Source: Octopus vulgaris
Taxonomy: Eukaryota
Length of the DNA: 64,000 bases
Direction: 5' to 3'
NCBI GenBank assembly: GCA_951406725.2
Contig: OX597822.1
Location: forward strand, 74,400,001-74,464,000
Under the pieces are notes generated by a model, which saw only the letters and a program-made list of their open reading frames with translations, was not told the DNA's origin and made no database searches. Position numbers and translations under genes: made by a program. Positions within the stretch are counted from its first letter, which is position 1. The number at the start of each line of letters is the position of its first letter. Positions 15,397-28,584 of the stretch are shown here, piece after piece.

Positions 15397-15727
15397 CATT
15401 AGATACATATTCGAACGAATATGTGTAACGAATATGTGTAACGAATCCACGAGGGAAACTCTAAATAATCGCTTGACTTGCTGGAATTGGCAACCAGTCT
15501 CCTTCGAATGATATCCTACGGTTTTAAACAAGGAAAGATATCGCGTATAATTTAGCCCTGTATATCTCTAAAAAGGCGGGGAGGTCACAGCTGGATTTTA
15601 GATCTTGACTCTGCTCGACTAGGGTTAAGTGGGGTTAAACAGCAGCAACGTACTGTGCGTGAATAGATATGTGCATGTATGTATTAATAGATAGATGAAT
15701 AGATGTATATACGTATATATATATGTA

Positions 15728-15810
<83 letters not shown>

Positions 15811-15813
15811 CAC

Positions 15814-15869
<56 letters not shown>

Positions 15870-16185
15870 GTGTATATATTGAAGAGCATCTTATAATTAG
15901 AAATGTGCACCCGTAGAGTTGATTTCGTTTCTCGGTTCCGATTCCAAGTCATTAGGTAACCGTATCAGAATTAGAATCTCCCTGAAATAAATAAGCCTAA
16001 TCTCCAAACGGTGGATTCCAGCAATTTATAATAATCAAGCAGAAAATGCAGAAATCTGATCCTTTATACGATTTATTTCAAACACAGGGGAAATAAATGT
16101 TATCTCCTTTGAGACGCTAATACAAAGATACAACATACACATATGTCCTTCCTTTTACAGACATCCGTTCACACTTTCTATCCTT

Positions 16186-16277
<92 letters not shown>

Positions 16278-16519
16278 CTATCTGAGAAGCAGACATTGCT
16301 GTGTGGTTGATGTTTTGAGCTCAGTCTCATTGCAAGTGCACTGCATCTTAGTTCAAGATTCTACCACATCTACAGACCAACCAAATTCTTATGGGGGAAA
16401 TTTTGCTGACGGAAATTATGTGAAAACATAATACCGTAGAGACTGTTCCCTTATTTAATCCAGCGCTCGCCTAAACTCCGTGGGGTAACTTTAGCGGAGT
16501 CCAATCCTTTGCAAGCATT

Positions 16520-18035
16520 TATGCTAACACTCTGGTCTGAGACAATCTATGACGGTTTGATTTGCATTAAATTCTCTTGTAATGTTTTTTTCTCTTTAAA
16601 TTGCAAGTAAACATCACAAATATCATTGGTTTATCCAAATTCCTTACGTTAGCCGTCGCATCATGATAGTACCTTGCCACATATCTGGGACTGCTCCTGG
16701 ATGTGTTTCAGAAAATGCATTGCCTTCCAATCCTGTCAACATCGTCTGCAATGACCGCATCTGCCTGGCAAATATACAAATTCACTCTTAGAACATGTTC
16801 CTTGTTTCAAATATACTACAAGCTTGCAAACTGGACTGTGGTCTACATATAATTGTTGGAAATAGACAGTGTCTTTGGTGCAATGTATTATCCGATTCAG
16901 CAGTTTCATTATCCGAAAACAATAAAATTGAAAACGTTACATTTTAATTTTGGTTTATTGTGATGCCATCCTTCATGTTGTTATTTTCCACAAGGAAAAT
17001 AACAACATGAATAAATAATGGGTTTGTAGACTTCATGAGAATTGCTAAACACTTGAAGACGATACTGATTCTTTTTTCTGCTCGGAACATGTCAACCAAT
17101 ATTCTATCATACTGTTCTATATTTAAGAGATGAGGTATTATGCACATTATTTACGTCATTTACATTCGACGGATTAATGATGGATAAGATGGTATTAAGG
17201 AAGGATAGGAAAATATTAGATTTATAAGCCATAAGATTCACCCCCATAATTGCCCACGGGCATATGGTGTAGTGGTTAAGAGCACGGGCTACTAACCCCA
17301 AAATTCCGAGTTCGATTCCAAGCAGTGATCTGAATACCAATAACATCGAAAAATACTTTAGGAATGAGAAACCAGGTTCGAAGTCTCTCCAAGACACCTG
17401 CTGAAGGCTTGGAGAGTACATCAGCCGAAATGTTAACAACAAACAAGATGAGGACAAATATCCGTCAAATGTAAATAATGTGAATATTCTATCAGTTTGA
17501 GGTGCTTTTTTTTTCGTCATTATTAGATATCAATACAGCAAAATTGCACGTAGCTAAGTTGTACCTTTTAAGTTTGGAGTATTTGCCATCTGGCCTTTTG
17601 TCAGTTTGTAATCCGATAAAAATATTTTCTGATATTGTGCCAATATCAATTTGTTCCTGAACAGACCGGAATGATTGCAAATAAGTGTTGTCAGCCGAAA
17701 CTTTAGCAGAGTAGAGAGTACGGGAAATAACAGCATCAAGATTTTCTCTTCTGTTATTTGCAGCTACACTCTGCATATGTCGTTAAATTTGTTCTTTAGA
17801 TTTATAAGAGTAAGTTTGCAGACAAGATGGTGCATCAGTAACAGCATTTCTTGATGCTCAAAATAATTTGCAAACAGCTCCGTGAATTTTATTGGTGGAA
17901 ATACCTCGATCAACTGTAGCATCCTTCGTCTTAATGCTACTTGTGGCCACAGAACTGTTGGCCCTCTGAAATATTTTTCTCCTGGGGAATCAAGTGCATA
18001 TGAACTGTTGATATAGTTCATCGGGTAAACTGGTA
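16520..18035 (-). pseudogene. Degenerate Helitron Rep/helicase N-terminal fragment, interrupted by the 17110-17482 insertion
   Basis: 16601-16770 reads IGRQCIF*NTSRSSPRYVARYYHDATANVRNLDKPMIFVMFTCN (compare Helitron GSPRYM...DAMA.VR..GKP.LFITFTCN). About 17540-17630 reads IGLQTDKRPDGK...RYNLATCNFAVL (compare DKRP.GEH.RRYN.PT..EVAV). The motifs are in the expected order. Confidence 0.75.
17110..17482 (+). mobile_element. tRNA-headed, hammerhead-bearing short retroelement (SINE/retrozyme-like) with an inverted terminal segment
   Basis: A 12-bp direct repeat AATATTCTATCA lies at 17098-17109 and 17483-17494. Inside are an inverted tail copy (17110-17170), a tRNA-like head (TGGTGTAGTGGTTAAG...GAGTTCGATTCC, about 17262-17320), a hammerhead-like motif (17393-17436) and the tail. 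Confidence 0.75.
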
Positions 18036-18440
18036 CTTAATATAAATTAAGCCAGATTTACTACAAATACCAATCATCACCATCATTGTTCGACCGTGGT
18101 CGAGACAATGGAATTTACCATGCTACGCCAGACTTCACGGTCCATCATGGCATTACGGAGGTCCTGTTGCTGGATGCCTGTATCCCTGGAGATCCCTGGA
18201 GATTACATCAGGGTAATTGTGGGGGAACACACACACACACACACACACACACACATCCACACGCACACATATATATATATATATATATACATACATACGA
18301 CGGGCTTCTTTTAGTTTCCGTCTACCAAGTCCACTCACAAGGCTTTGGTCGGCCCGAGGCTATAGTAGAAGACACTTACCCAAAGTGCCACGCAGTGGGA
18401 CTGAAACCAGAACCATGTGGTTGGTAAGCAGGCTACTTAC

Positions 18441-18526
18441 CACACAGCCACTCCTGCGCCTATGCACACAGCCACTGCTGCGCCTATGCACACAGCCACC
18501 CCTGCGCCTATCCACACAGCCACTCC
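18441..18526. repeat. 24-bp tandem repeat (about 3.6 copies) of a SINE 5' end
   Basis: CACACAGCCACTCCTGCGCCTATG is repeated with single changes. Confidence 0.9.
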
Positions 18527-19042
18527 TTGTTGAGGGCTGGATGTGCTCAGAGAGGAACACAGCTCTTATTGCAACATAGATGTCAGTTTTCCCATATTTT
18601 AACTATATATTCACTTAATATTGTTAGCCATGGTATTCGAGCATGGCCACAACATTTGAGCTGAAACGTATTAAAGAATAGTAGAAACATAAATTTAAAT
18701 GTATTTAATAGTATCTATTTTATCTCTAAGATCTTACGATTAAGTGTCAGAGAGCTCGCCTAACAAAATTGTTCTAGAAGATCATTTTATCTAACAACAA
18801 CAACAACAACAACAGAAGTAGCTAGGAGCTTCCATCTGACTGTAATGTCTTTAAACTCTGCTTAATTATATGTTATATAAATCCTATACACTTTTCTTTT
18901 ACTGAGTGCTAGATCTTTTTAAATGAAGGTTACAGCAGCCCCTATGTATGACACTGTATGCGGAAAAGAATTTTCTAATAAACTTCATGTCTCGAATTTT
19001 AAGTATTGTTGATAAACTCATGGCCCTAACTTCACAGATTAA

Positions 19043-19150
<108 letters not shown>

Positions 19151-19232
19151 ACACACACACACACACACATACACACACACATATATATAAATTTAGTCGT
19201 CACTAATTGTGACTGTATGGTCCACAACTGCC

Positions 19233-19445
19233 TATATTGCTAGAAATAAGAGTCAAACCCTTTATAGCTGCACAAAAGTCCATTCATATATACTGACAGG
19301 GTAGATAACTGCCTCATGAGTGAAACAAAGCTAGAGCAATGGTCTGCACAGCGTCATGCGCCTCCACAGTTATCTCCTCTGTTAGTATATATAAATGTGC
19401 TTTTGTGCAGCTATAAGTGGTTTAGCTCTTATTTCTAGCAATATA
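19233..19445. mobile_element. MITE-like inverted repeat
   Basis: Arms of about 67 bp (19233-19299 and 19379-19445) beginning TATATTGCTAGAAATAAGAG...ATAGCTGCACAAAAG. Confidence 0.65.
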
Positions 19446-19617
19446 TGTGCTTGTAGAACATAACATAGAGCCTCAAGTAGTGACGACCATGCTGGAGCAC
19501 CACCTTTTAGCCGAACAAATCGACCACAGGACTTATTCTTTGTAAGTTTAAGACTTATTCCATCGGTCTCTTTTACCAACCCGCTATGTAACAGGGACAA
19601 ACACAAACACACATAAA

Positions 19618-19756
<139 letters not shown>

Positions 19757-19990
19757 GGCAGGGCTTCTTTCAGTTTCTGTCTACCAAAATTCACTCACAA
19801 GGCTTTGGTCGGCTCGAGGCAATAGTAGAAGACACTTGCCCAAAATGCCACGCAGCGGGACTGAACCCGGAACTATGTGGTTGAGAAGCAAGCTTCTTAC
19901 AAGACAACTACGCCTATATGTATGTGTGTGTGTACTTATATATATATATATATATATATACATACATATATACACATATATATATATGTG

Positions 19991-20070
<80 letters not shown>

Positions 20071-20169
20071 GATACCTTATATTTATTTGATACTCACGGT
20101 TTATTAGTATTCTTAGAGGCCTTTACTTTGCTAGTATAAAAGTAAAACTATGTTTTTTATTATATGCGA

Positions 20170-20200
20170 TAATATTTCGAGCTAGGCCCTTCGTCGGAGA
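20170..20200 (-). ncRNA. Degenerate minimal hammerhead-like motif
   Basis: The minus strand reads TCT-CCGACGA-A-GGGC-CTA-GCTC-GAAA-TATTA, the same layout as 39633-39667 but with a mutated core. Confidence 0.35.
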
Positions 20201-21030
20201 ATGAATGTATTTTTACTGAATTGACTCTTACCGATACCAAACAGCAGAACATCTCTGATATTCTCTCGTAAGTCTAGTGATTACATTATAAGCTATATTT
20301 AGGCTAATATAGCTTTGTGTGAAACCGGAGTAAATTAGTGAAAACGGACGAACAGCATAATGTAAAACGAACAAAAAATAAATCACTTGAATGAGAAGTG
20401 AGGAAATAAATGACTGAATTAAAAGCCAATTTGTTCAAATTAATGGCTAGAAGCATTTAACATATGTAAATAAAATAAAAAGTAGACAATTTTATTGCAT
20501 CACATAAGATTTTTTTACTGTTTTTTTTTCCCCTTCATTTTTATTACTTTTTCTGTTTGCTTGCTTTTGTTTGTTTTTCCTCTAACACAAGAAAAAAAAT
20601 CTATTCAACATTGGAAATATGAAACTAGCTTTCTGAATGCTTAGCTGTCTTATGTTTCTAGTCTAATATGTCTTAATTCATAAACTAGTTTAGTGAGCCA
20701 ACAAATACTAATTGCTACATTGTGTAGTATTGGATGGGATTTTGATTTTGTTTTTTAGAGGAACGAGAGAAGAAATTTAAAATAGTTCGTGAACGACCAT
20801 ATAGGTATGATGACTTGCATATTCGAATATGAACTTACTAATCGTTGTTGTGTTTCATCACAAGAGGCCAATTTCTCTTTTACGGCAAATGTGTGTCCAT
20901 AACACACTCGATTCATTAGCGCAAGGGACTCTTGGACAACACCCGGTATTTCGACATCGTTGCATCTCATCAGGAAAGCTTCTTTTCTGCAACCGATACA
21001 CTTTTCCATTATGTCTATTTTTCTATGTGT

Positions 21031-21410
21031 AGGCGCAATGGCCCAGTGGTTAGAGCAGCGGACTAGCGGTCGTAGGATCGTGGTTTCGATTCCCAGACTG
21101 GGGTGTTGTGAGTGTTTAATGAGCGAAAGCACATAAATCCCCACAAGGCTCCGGCAAGGGGTAGTGGCGCACCCTACTATACTCTTCACCACAGCTTTCT
21201 TTCACTCTTTCTTCCTGTTTCTGCTGTACCTGTATTTCAAAGGGCCAGCCTTGTCACACTCTGTGTCATGCTGAATCTCCCCGAGAACTACGTTAAGGCT
21301 GCTACACGTGTCTGTGGAATGCTCAGTCACTTGCATGTTAATTTCGCGAGCAGGCTGTTCCATTGATCGGATCAACTGGAACCCTCGTCGTCGTAACTGA
21401 CGGAGTGCCA
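21031..21410 (+). mobile_element. tRNA-derived SINE group B, full copy
   Basis: Head AGGCGCAATGGCCCAGTGGTTAG...GGTTTCGATTCCC and tail GAACCCTCGTCGTCGTAACTGACGGAGTGCCA, with ATTTTTCTAT repeated near both flanks. Related copies: 236-517(+), about 11285-11600(-), 31441-31784(-), 33621-33933(+), 44211-44575(-). Confidence 0.85.
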
Positions 21411-22044
21411 CGATTTTTCTATAGTGTGACAGTAGTAACTTGATAACCATTATCAGTTATTGAAAGTCATTGAGAGTTAAGCATGTTGACCAGGAACACA
21501 ATGCAGCAGCGACCTCATGTGCGCACATTCAACCATTTGCTAAATAATACACCATCTTAATAGCTCAGATACAGTTGTTCTAAATATAAAAATGGTTTCT
21601 ATCCCAATATCCTCCTCAGCCCTTTTAATTCTTGGTTTTAAACAGTCTCTAGTCTGGCATTTAGAGGACTGCTTCAATCCCCATTCTGCCTTTTCTACCG
21701 CTAATTATAATAGCCAAATTGCTAAAAAAAATTCGTTTGGCAATTACAAACCAAAAAAAAAAGAAAAATCAAGACAAGGCTACATAGGAAATAAATGACA
21801 TTATGTATTTATTCAAGACGTAGAAGATTCTTAATTCGGCAATGATGATTTTGTTTGTTGTAATATCATTCCTATGATACTTTGCTGCTTATTATAAATG
21901 TCACCATTTCATTCAGAACATGAAGACAAGCAATTCTTGAAATTATAAAGGAACGGTATTGTTTCATTGTTCTGAATCAGACATAAAAGTCTGATAAAGA
22001 AATATGAAAAAAATTTAATATAAAATGTTAAACTTCGATATAAT

Positions 22045-22209
22045 AGGCGTAGAAGATGCTGTGTGGTAAGTAGCTTGCTTACCAACCACATGGTTTCGGG
22101 TTCAGTCCCACTGCGTGGCACCTTGGGCAGGTGTCTTTTACTATATAGACTTGAGCCGACCAAAGCCTTGTGAGTGGATTTGGTAGACGGAAACTGAAAG
22201 GAACCTGTC

Positions 22210-22269
<60 letters not shown>

Positions 22270-22493
22270 ATGTGTGTGTATATGCTTGTGTGTCTGTGTT
22301 TGTCCCCCCAACATCGCTTGACAACCGGTGCTGGTGTGTTTACGTTCCCGTATATTAGTGGTTTCTGCAAAAGAGACCGATAGAATAAGTACTAGGCTTA
22401 CAAAGAATAAGTCCTGGGGTAGATTTTCTCGGTCGACTAAAGGCGGTGCTCCAGCATGGCCACAGTCAAATGACTGAAACAAGTAAAAGAGTA
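22045..22493 (+). mobile_element. tRNA-derived SINE group A, full copy with internal microsatellite
   Basis: Head AGGCG...GTGTGGTAAG...GGTTCAGTCCCACTGCGTGGCACCTTGGGC, then (TA)n/(TG)n, then a body ending GGCGGTGCTCCAGCATGGCCACAGTCAAATGACTGAAAC. Other copies: about 1-688(-), 700-860(-), 6355-6670(-), 18297-18462(-), 19483-19916(-), 23833-24010(+), 24225-24775(-), 38680-39230(+), 39920-40135(+), 58260-58540(-). Confidence 0.85.
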
Positions 22494-22538
22494 TATCACA
22501 TATATACAGAAATGTGTTTGTGTGTCCATCTGTGTGTG

Positions 22539-22638
<100 letters not shown>

Positions 22639-22975
22639 TGTGTGTGTGTAAAAACCTTGCGAAACTTTTAGTTGCATGGAACCGAATCAAAAGCTTTTAA
22701 TTATTTATTTTATTCATATATGTACGCGCAGACACACATGTGCGTGTATACATACACGTTGTATTTATAATTTTCTCAAGGAAGTAGGCATTCGAAACAA
22801 TTGGTTGATGACGTAATGCCAAAAGGCTAATTACGAAAACCAACATGCAGTATTGTGACGTCAGAAGAGGTGTGAAAGGAATGGTGGCATCATACACAGT
22901 ATGCTATTAGTATATATTGTTTGTTTGTTTGTGAGGAGACGGGTGATAATGTGTTGATGTTTTGTGGGGAGAGTG

Positions 22976-23072
22976 TGGAACTGGTAAGAAACGTCTTGTA
23001 ATTGGGAAGGCAGTGATGGTGAGTGGTGGAACTGGTAAGAAACGTCTTGTAATTGGGAAGGCAGTGATGGTG
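22976..23072. repeat. 51-bp tandem duplication
   Basis: GTGGAACTGGTAAGAAACGTCTTGTAATTGGGAAGGCAGTGATGGTG occurs twice. Confidence 0.85.
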
Positions 23073-23648
23073 GTATAATTAAAGTTTTGTGAGGTTAGGT
23101 GGGAGTAGTAGTAGTGTATAGACAGCATCGGAATACCCATAGCTGTTATCCTTATCCTGAAAGATCTGACTCTGTGCGAAATTTCAGACACCAATGTGCC
23201 AAACAATAGCCTTCCACTTGGACAAGTTCAAATATCAACAGCCCTGATAGAAAACACAAAATATCCTGTACAGTCATAGATGTTAACTGCTTTACAACAG
23301 ATGTAAGCATTTCTTTCGAAATCAACGTTGAGAATTTTTTTTTTTTACTAGTTCCACTCATTGGACAGCGGCCATGCTGGAGCATGGCCTTGAAGTGTTT
23401 AACCGAACGAATTGGAATAATTACTTATTTCAAAGTCTGGTACTTATTCTATCGGATCTCTTTTTGCCGAACACTGTATCTGTAGGAAGCCTGCGAAACT
23501 TTAAGTTGCATAAAACCGAATCAAAAGCTTTTAAATATTACATTGATGTAAACAAAGGAACATTGGTTGTCAAGCAATGGTAAGGGAAAGCAAAAGCACA
23601 AGGACACACATACACACACACATATACATACATACATACATACATACA

Positions 23649-23763
<115 letters not shown>

Positions 23764-24553
23764 TTATATATATTATATAAATGCATATTTATATATATAG
23801 ACACACACCTACATATATATTTTTCTTCTTTACTTGGGCAAGTGCCTTCTACTATAATCTCGGGCCGACCAAAGCCTTGTGAGTGGATTTGGTAGACGGA
23901 AACTGAAAAAAGCCCGTCATAATAAGTCCTGGGGTCGATTTGCTTGACTAAAGGCGGTGCTCCAGAATGGCCACAGTCAAATGGCTGAAACAAGTAAAAG
24001 AGTAAAAGAGTATGTGTTTATACTTATATAAAAGAAAAAGAGGCGATCACAGGAAAAGCAATAGTTATGAAAGCCCGACAAGTTAGGTTTCTGTCAGAAA
24101 CACATAAAAAGTCCCGTGCGGATGATTGCGGCCGTCTTTTGGCGCTTCAGAAATGGCTGAAACTCCACAAAATTCAATCTTTAAAAATTTGTAATATCTT
24201 TAATTTAACTTTTTCTTTTACCTTTTAGCCTTTACTCGTTTTAGTCAGTAGACTATGGCCATGCTGGGGCATCACATTCAAGAATTTCATTCGAATGAAT
24301 CGAGCCTGTTGCTTATTTTTTATTATTTTAAGACGGTATTTATTTTATTGTTTCTTTTGCCGAGGTGTTAAGTTACCTAAACACACCAAGGATTGTCAAA
24401 CGTTGGTGGGGAACAAATACAGACACAAAGACACGAACAAACACAAACACACAAAACACACATACTTCACATACAGACACGCAAGCACACACACATACAT
24501 TTACATACATACATACATGCATGCATACATACATACATACATACATACATACA

Positions 24554-24587
<34 letters not shown>

Positions 24588-25291
24588 CATACGTACGTAC
24601 GTGCGTATGTATACGACAGGCTTCTTTCAGTTTTCGTCTACCAAATCCATTCACAAGGCTTTGGTCAGCTTCAGGCTATAGTAGAAACTACTTGTGCAAG
24701 GTTCCACTCGCTGGGATGAACACGGAACCATGTATGTGGTTCGGAAGAAAGCTTCTTACCACACAGCCACATCTGCTCATATTTCTTAAAGAAAAGAACA
24801 ACAACAAAAAAAAATAGTTATGGCTTCCGCTATCTTCAGAAAAAGGCCTACAACAAAGTGGAAATTATCAAAAAGGAATCGGATCTGGTGTGTGTAACCG
24901 AAAATTTCCCACAGCCTTAACAGCCAATTCATGTTACCGAATACACACACACCCACCCACCCCACACACACACACACGCGCGCGCACACACAGACACACA
25001 CACACACACACACAAACTCAGTGTGGGTGTTTGTCTGTGTATATTTTTGTTTGTGTTAGTGGGAGAACGTGTGCGTTTGTGTATGGAATCATTTGCACAA
25101 GTGGTTAGGAATTTCGACAGGGGTATTAAAGTTAAGAAGAAGATCCAAGCCAAAGTGTCGCCATAACTGAATCAAAAGATACGTCTAGTCCGTAGACACC
25201 TGCAAATAACGAACCAGAAGGGAGGGAAGCAGCGAGAGAGTGAGAGAAAGAGAGAGAAAGGGGGGTTGCAATGATGATGATGATGATGATG

Positions 25292-25359
<68 letters not shown>

Positions 25360-25398
25360 TTATAATAATGATGATGATGATGATGTTAATAAGGATGA

Positions 25399-25438
<40 letters not shown>

Positions 25439-25507
25439 CGATGATGACGATGAAGAAGATAATGATGAATCATGATGATGACGATGACGATGATAATAAT
25501 GATGATG

Positions 25508-25558
<51 letters not shown>

Positions 25559-25817
25559 GAGTGAAGATGCAATAGAGGGGTGGTATTATATATAAATGTC
25601 TGTTACTGTGTTTATTCGGTATGATAATAAATCCGTTGTTATTGTTATTTTTATATCATTGTTGTTGTTGTTGTTGTTATTTATATATTTATCATGCTAG
25701 CTTTGTATTAAATAATCGGTTGCATGATTTCCCTGAGGCAGAAGATAAATATACGGTTTCATTTTCTTTCCGCCCGCGGCATCAATGTTTTGTTTTAAAA
25801 GCTTGGCGGAGAAGCAA

Positions 25818-25891
<74 letters not shown>

Positions 25892-25911
25892 TGATGATAA
25901 TAATAATAATA

Positions 25912-26358
25912 AATATTCTGCTCAATACCACAGATTTGCTTGTCAGTTGTTTGACCTTAACCAGTTGAGCATGTCCCTTAGTGGCTGACGATATGTGCAT
26001 CTCTGATCACGAGCAGTAGTAGTGGGGGAGCATCATGGCCATGTGTCGAGAGGGATTCTTTGGGGTTTGAATAATTCATCTTTGGAAACATGGGTGTTTC
26101 GTTCATCATCCTAAAGCAACCCTTATTCAGGGACCTTTTGAGTAGGATGGGCTACTCGACCAGCAGAAAATTCTAACAGGGCCCCACCTGCAAGGTCATA
26201 TGCTGTTTATCTTGATATAAGCTCACCATGTCGCGCACATATGGTTGTGATGCATGTGCCTGGTGTACCCTTATCAGACGGGTAGTCATGATGGTTATGC
26301 TGGGCCTCGTATATTTTACCCCAGTGTCACTTTGATGGCATGCACTGCTCTCTCACTC
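25912..26358 (+). mobile_element. Complex-sequence insert bounded by (TAA)n tracts, probably a retroposon 3' UTR
   Basis: About 450 bp of GC-richer non-coding sequence between (AAT)n at 25818-25911 and 26359-26460. Confidence 0.4.
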
Positions 26359-26461
<103 letters not shown>

Positions 26462-26650
26462 ATGTTAATAGAAGAAATCTAAAAAATTGTGCTTTTTAGT
26501 GTTTGGGTTGTGTTTCCTTACGTTACGAATCCATATCTCATCATTTGTCTTTCATCTCTCTCTTGAAGATCGATTGAATTTATTTCAGTGAAGTCCCGTC
26601 GTCGTCATCATCATTATCATCATCGTCCTTTTCGTCGTCGTTGTTATCAG

Positions 26651-26800
<150 letters not shown>

Positions 26801-26862
26801 GTCGTCGTAGTCGTCGTCGTCGTAGTCTCGTCGTGGCAGTATATAGTAAGTATGTATATACA

Positions 26863-27135
26863 ACTTGGGTTTCAGGGAACCACAGCTCTTCAATGTCCTT
26901 CCTAAATGCCTGAGAGACCTGCATGGTGTGGATGTGGGCTTTCTTAAAACTAAACTCGATCTCTTCTTGTCAGGGGTTCCAGATGAACCTACGTCTCGGC
27001 AAGAAACACAGATGCGGGCAGCGGCGTCGAACTCCCTTGTTTACCAAGTGCCACGTATCAGAGGGGGTTTCATATCCTAGTGTAGCACAATCAACGGTGG
27101 TGCCCCAGCATGGCCGCAGCTTTCGAGCTGAAACA
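26863..27135 (+). mobile_element. 3' end of a CR1/Jockey-group LINE (ORF2 C-terminus and 3' tail)
   Basis: PQLFNVLPKCLRDL...FLKTKLDLFLSGVPDEP...AAASNSL is a typical LINE ORF2 C-terminus. It is followed by the tail GGTGGTGCCCCAGCATGGCCGCAGCTTTCGAGCTGAAAC. Confidence 0.7.
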
Positions 27136-27239
27136 TTTTTAAGGAGTTTTTTTTATATATACATATATAGATAGGTACCCACTCCAATACAAACCAGAGA
27201 TCAAAGTGTTTTTCGTGTATGTATGTGTATGTATATATT

Positions 27240-27270
<31 letters not shown>

Positions 27271-27566
27271 AACTAGTTAGAATATCTCTGTAAGAGATGA
27301 AAGCAGTAACTATACTGAGGTTTTCCATATATTGCGAAATTGGGCGAGTTTCTGCTATCTCTAGAGGCAACCACTGAAGATAAACACAAATAGACCGAGA
27401 CCGTCCCGATTTGGTGATCCTGTCGTCTGTTAAAAGTTGGTAGAGCTTCGCTCCCTTACTTGCGATATATACCGGGTGCAGATTGCAACGATAACCAGTT
27501 GGAGGAGGGTTTTCTTGGGGTAGTAACGTCGAATAACCATACTGATGAGGCGATAATCATTGCTTA

Positions 27567-27618
<52 letters not shown>

Positions 27619-27668
27619 CATACATATATATATATGATCAAAATAAGCACAAGAATTGCCAGAGACGA

Positions 27669-27754
27669 TGCAGTACGACCGTTTCAAGTGGCTCCATTTA
27701 ATTGAACAATGCAATCATTACATCAATTTAAATGCAGGGCTATCCTCAGCTGCA
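27669..27754 (-). ncRNA. Hammerhead-like motif with a degenerate stem II base
   Basis: The minus strand reads TGCAG-CTGAGGA-(long arm with CATTTAAATTGA/TCAATTAAATG)-GAAA-CGGTCG-TA-CTGCA. Confidence 0.55.
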
Positions 27755-28387
27755 AAATAAATAGATTTTTTTTAATCAGTCGGACACATTAATATAATTT
27801 TAGTTAAATTCTCTAATAGAGTAAGAAGACAGGCAAAGACCATGCTGCCATCACTTCAGAATATATATATTTACACTTACAAGCACATTCACACACATAT
27901 TTCCAGATACATATATTCATATAAAAAGTAAGAATGCTGTATACACCCAAGAACAACAATAGCCATTCCATCTTATTAGAAAAATAACTCATATGCAGAA
28001 AGATGTGTAAATGACTGTAGAATTTTAAAAAGTAAATGTGAAAGAAAAAAATTTTGAAAAAAGAGTAGAATATACCTTTTTCAAAAGAAATATTTTTTTA
28101 TTTGCATTGAAACTCAAATATAGAACTTTTCTGGATTGCAAGGATGCAACAGGCTCCAATAAATCAACATTCTCAGACTAACTGCTGTCTGTCAGCACCA
28201 GTTTTTAGGAATTTATCAAAATTGAAAATTTGGTCGTGAAATTTTAGTTTTGGAGGGGGAGGTGCACGTATGTATGTGTGTCTGTCCATGTGTGTCTGTA
28301 CATGTGTGTCTGTGTAAGTGTGTGTACGTGTGTGTGTGTGCGTGTATGTGTGTGTTTGTATGTATGTGTATGTATATCTATGTATGT

Positions 28388-28450
<63 letters not shown>

Positions 28451-28553
28451 TGTATGCATGTATGTATGTATTTATGTATATTTGTATGTATATATAAGAT
28501 TATGTATGCATGTATATCTATCTATCTATCTAACTATTTATCTACCTATCTAC

Positions 28554-28584
<31 letters not shown>

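Noticed and set aside
18441-18526. CRISPR-like repeat array
   Set aside because: The repeats are contiguous with no spacers, derive from a SINE end and lie in eukaryotic DNA without cas genes.
21031-21100. SINE heads as functional tRNA genes
   Set aside because: They have A/B boxes but no complete cloverleaf and continue into SINE bodies.
27537-27570. CTGATGAGGCGATAATCATTGC as a hammerhead
   Set aside because: No GAAA or stem III follows; it runs into a TA tract and is at best a truncated remnant.
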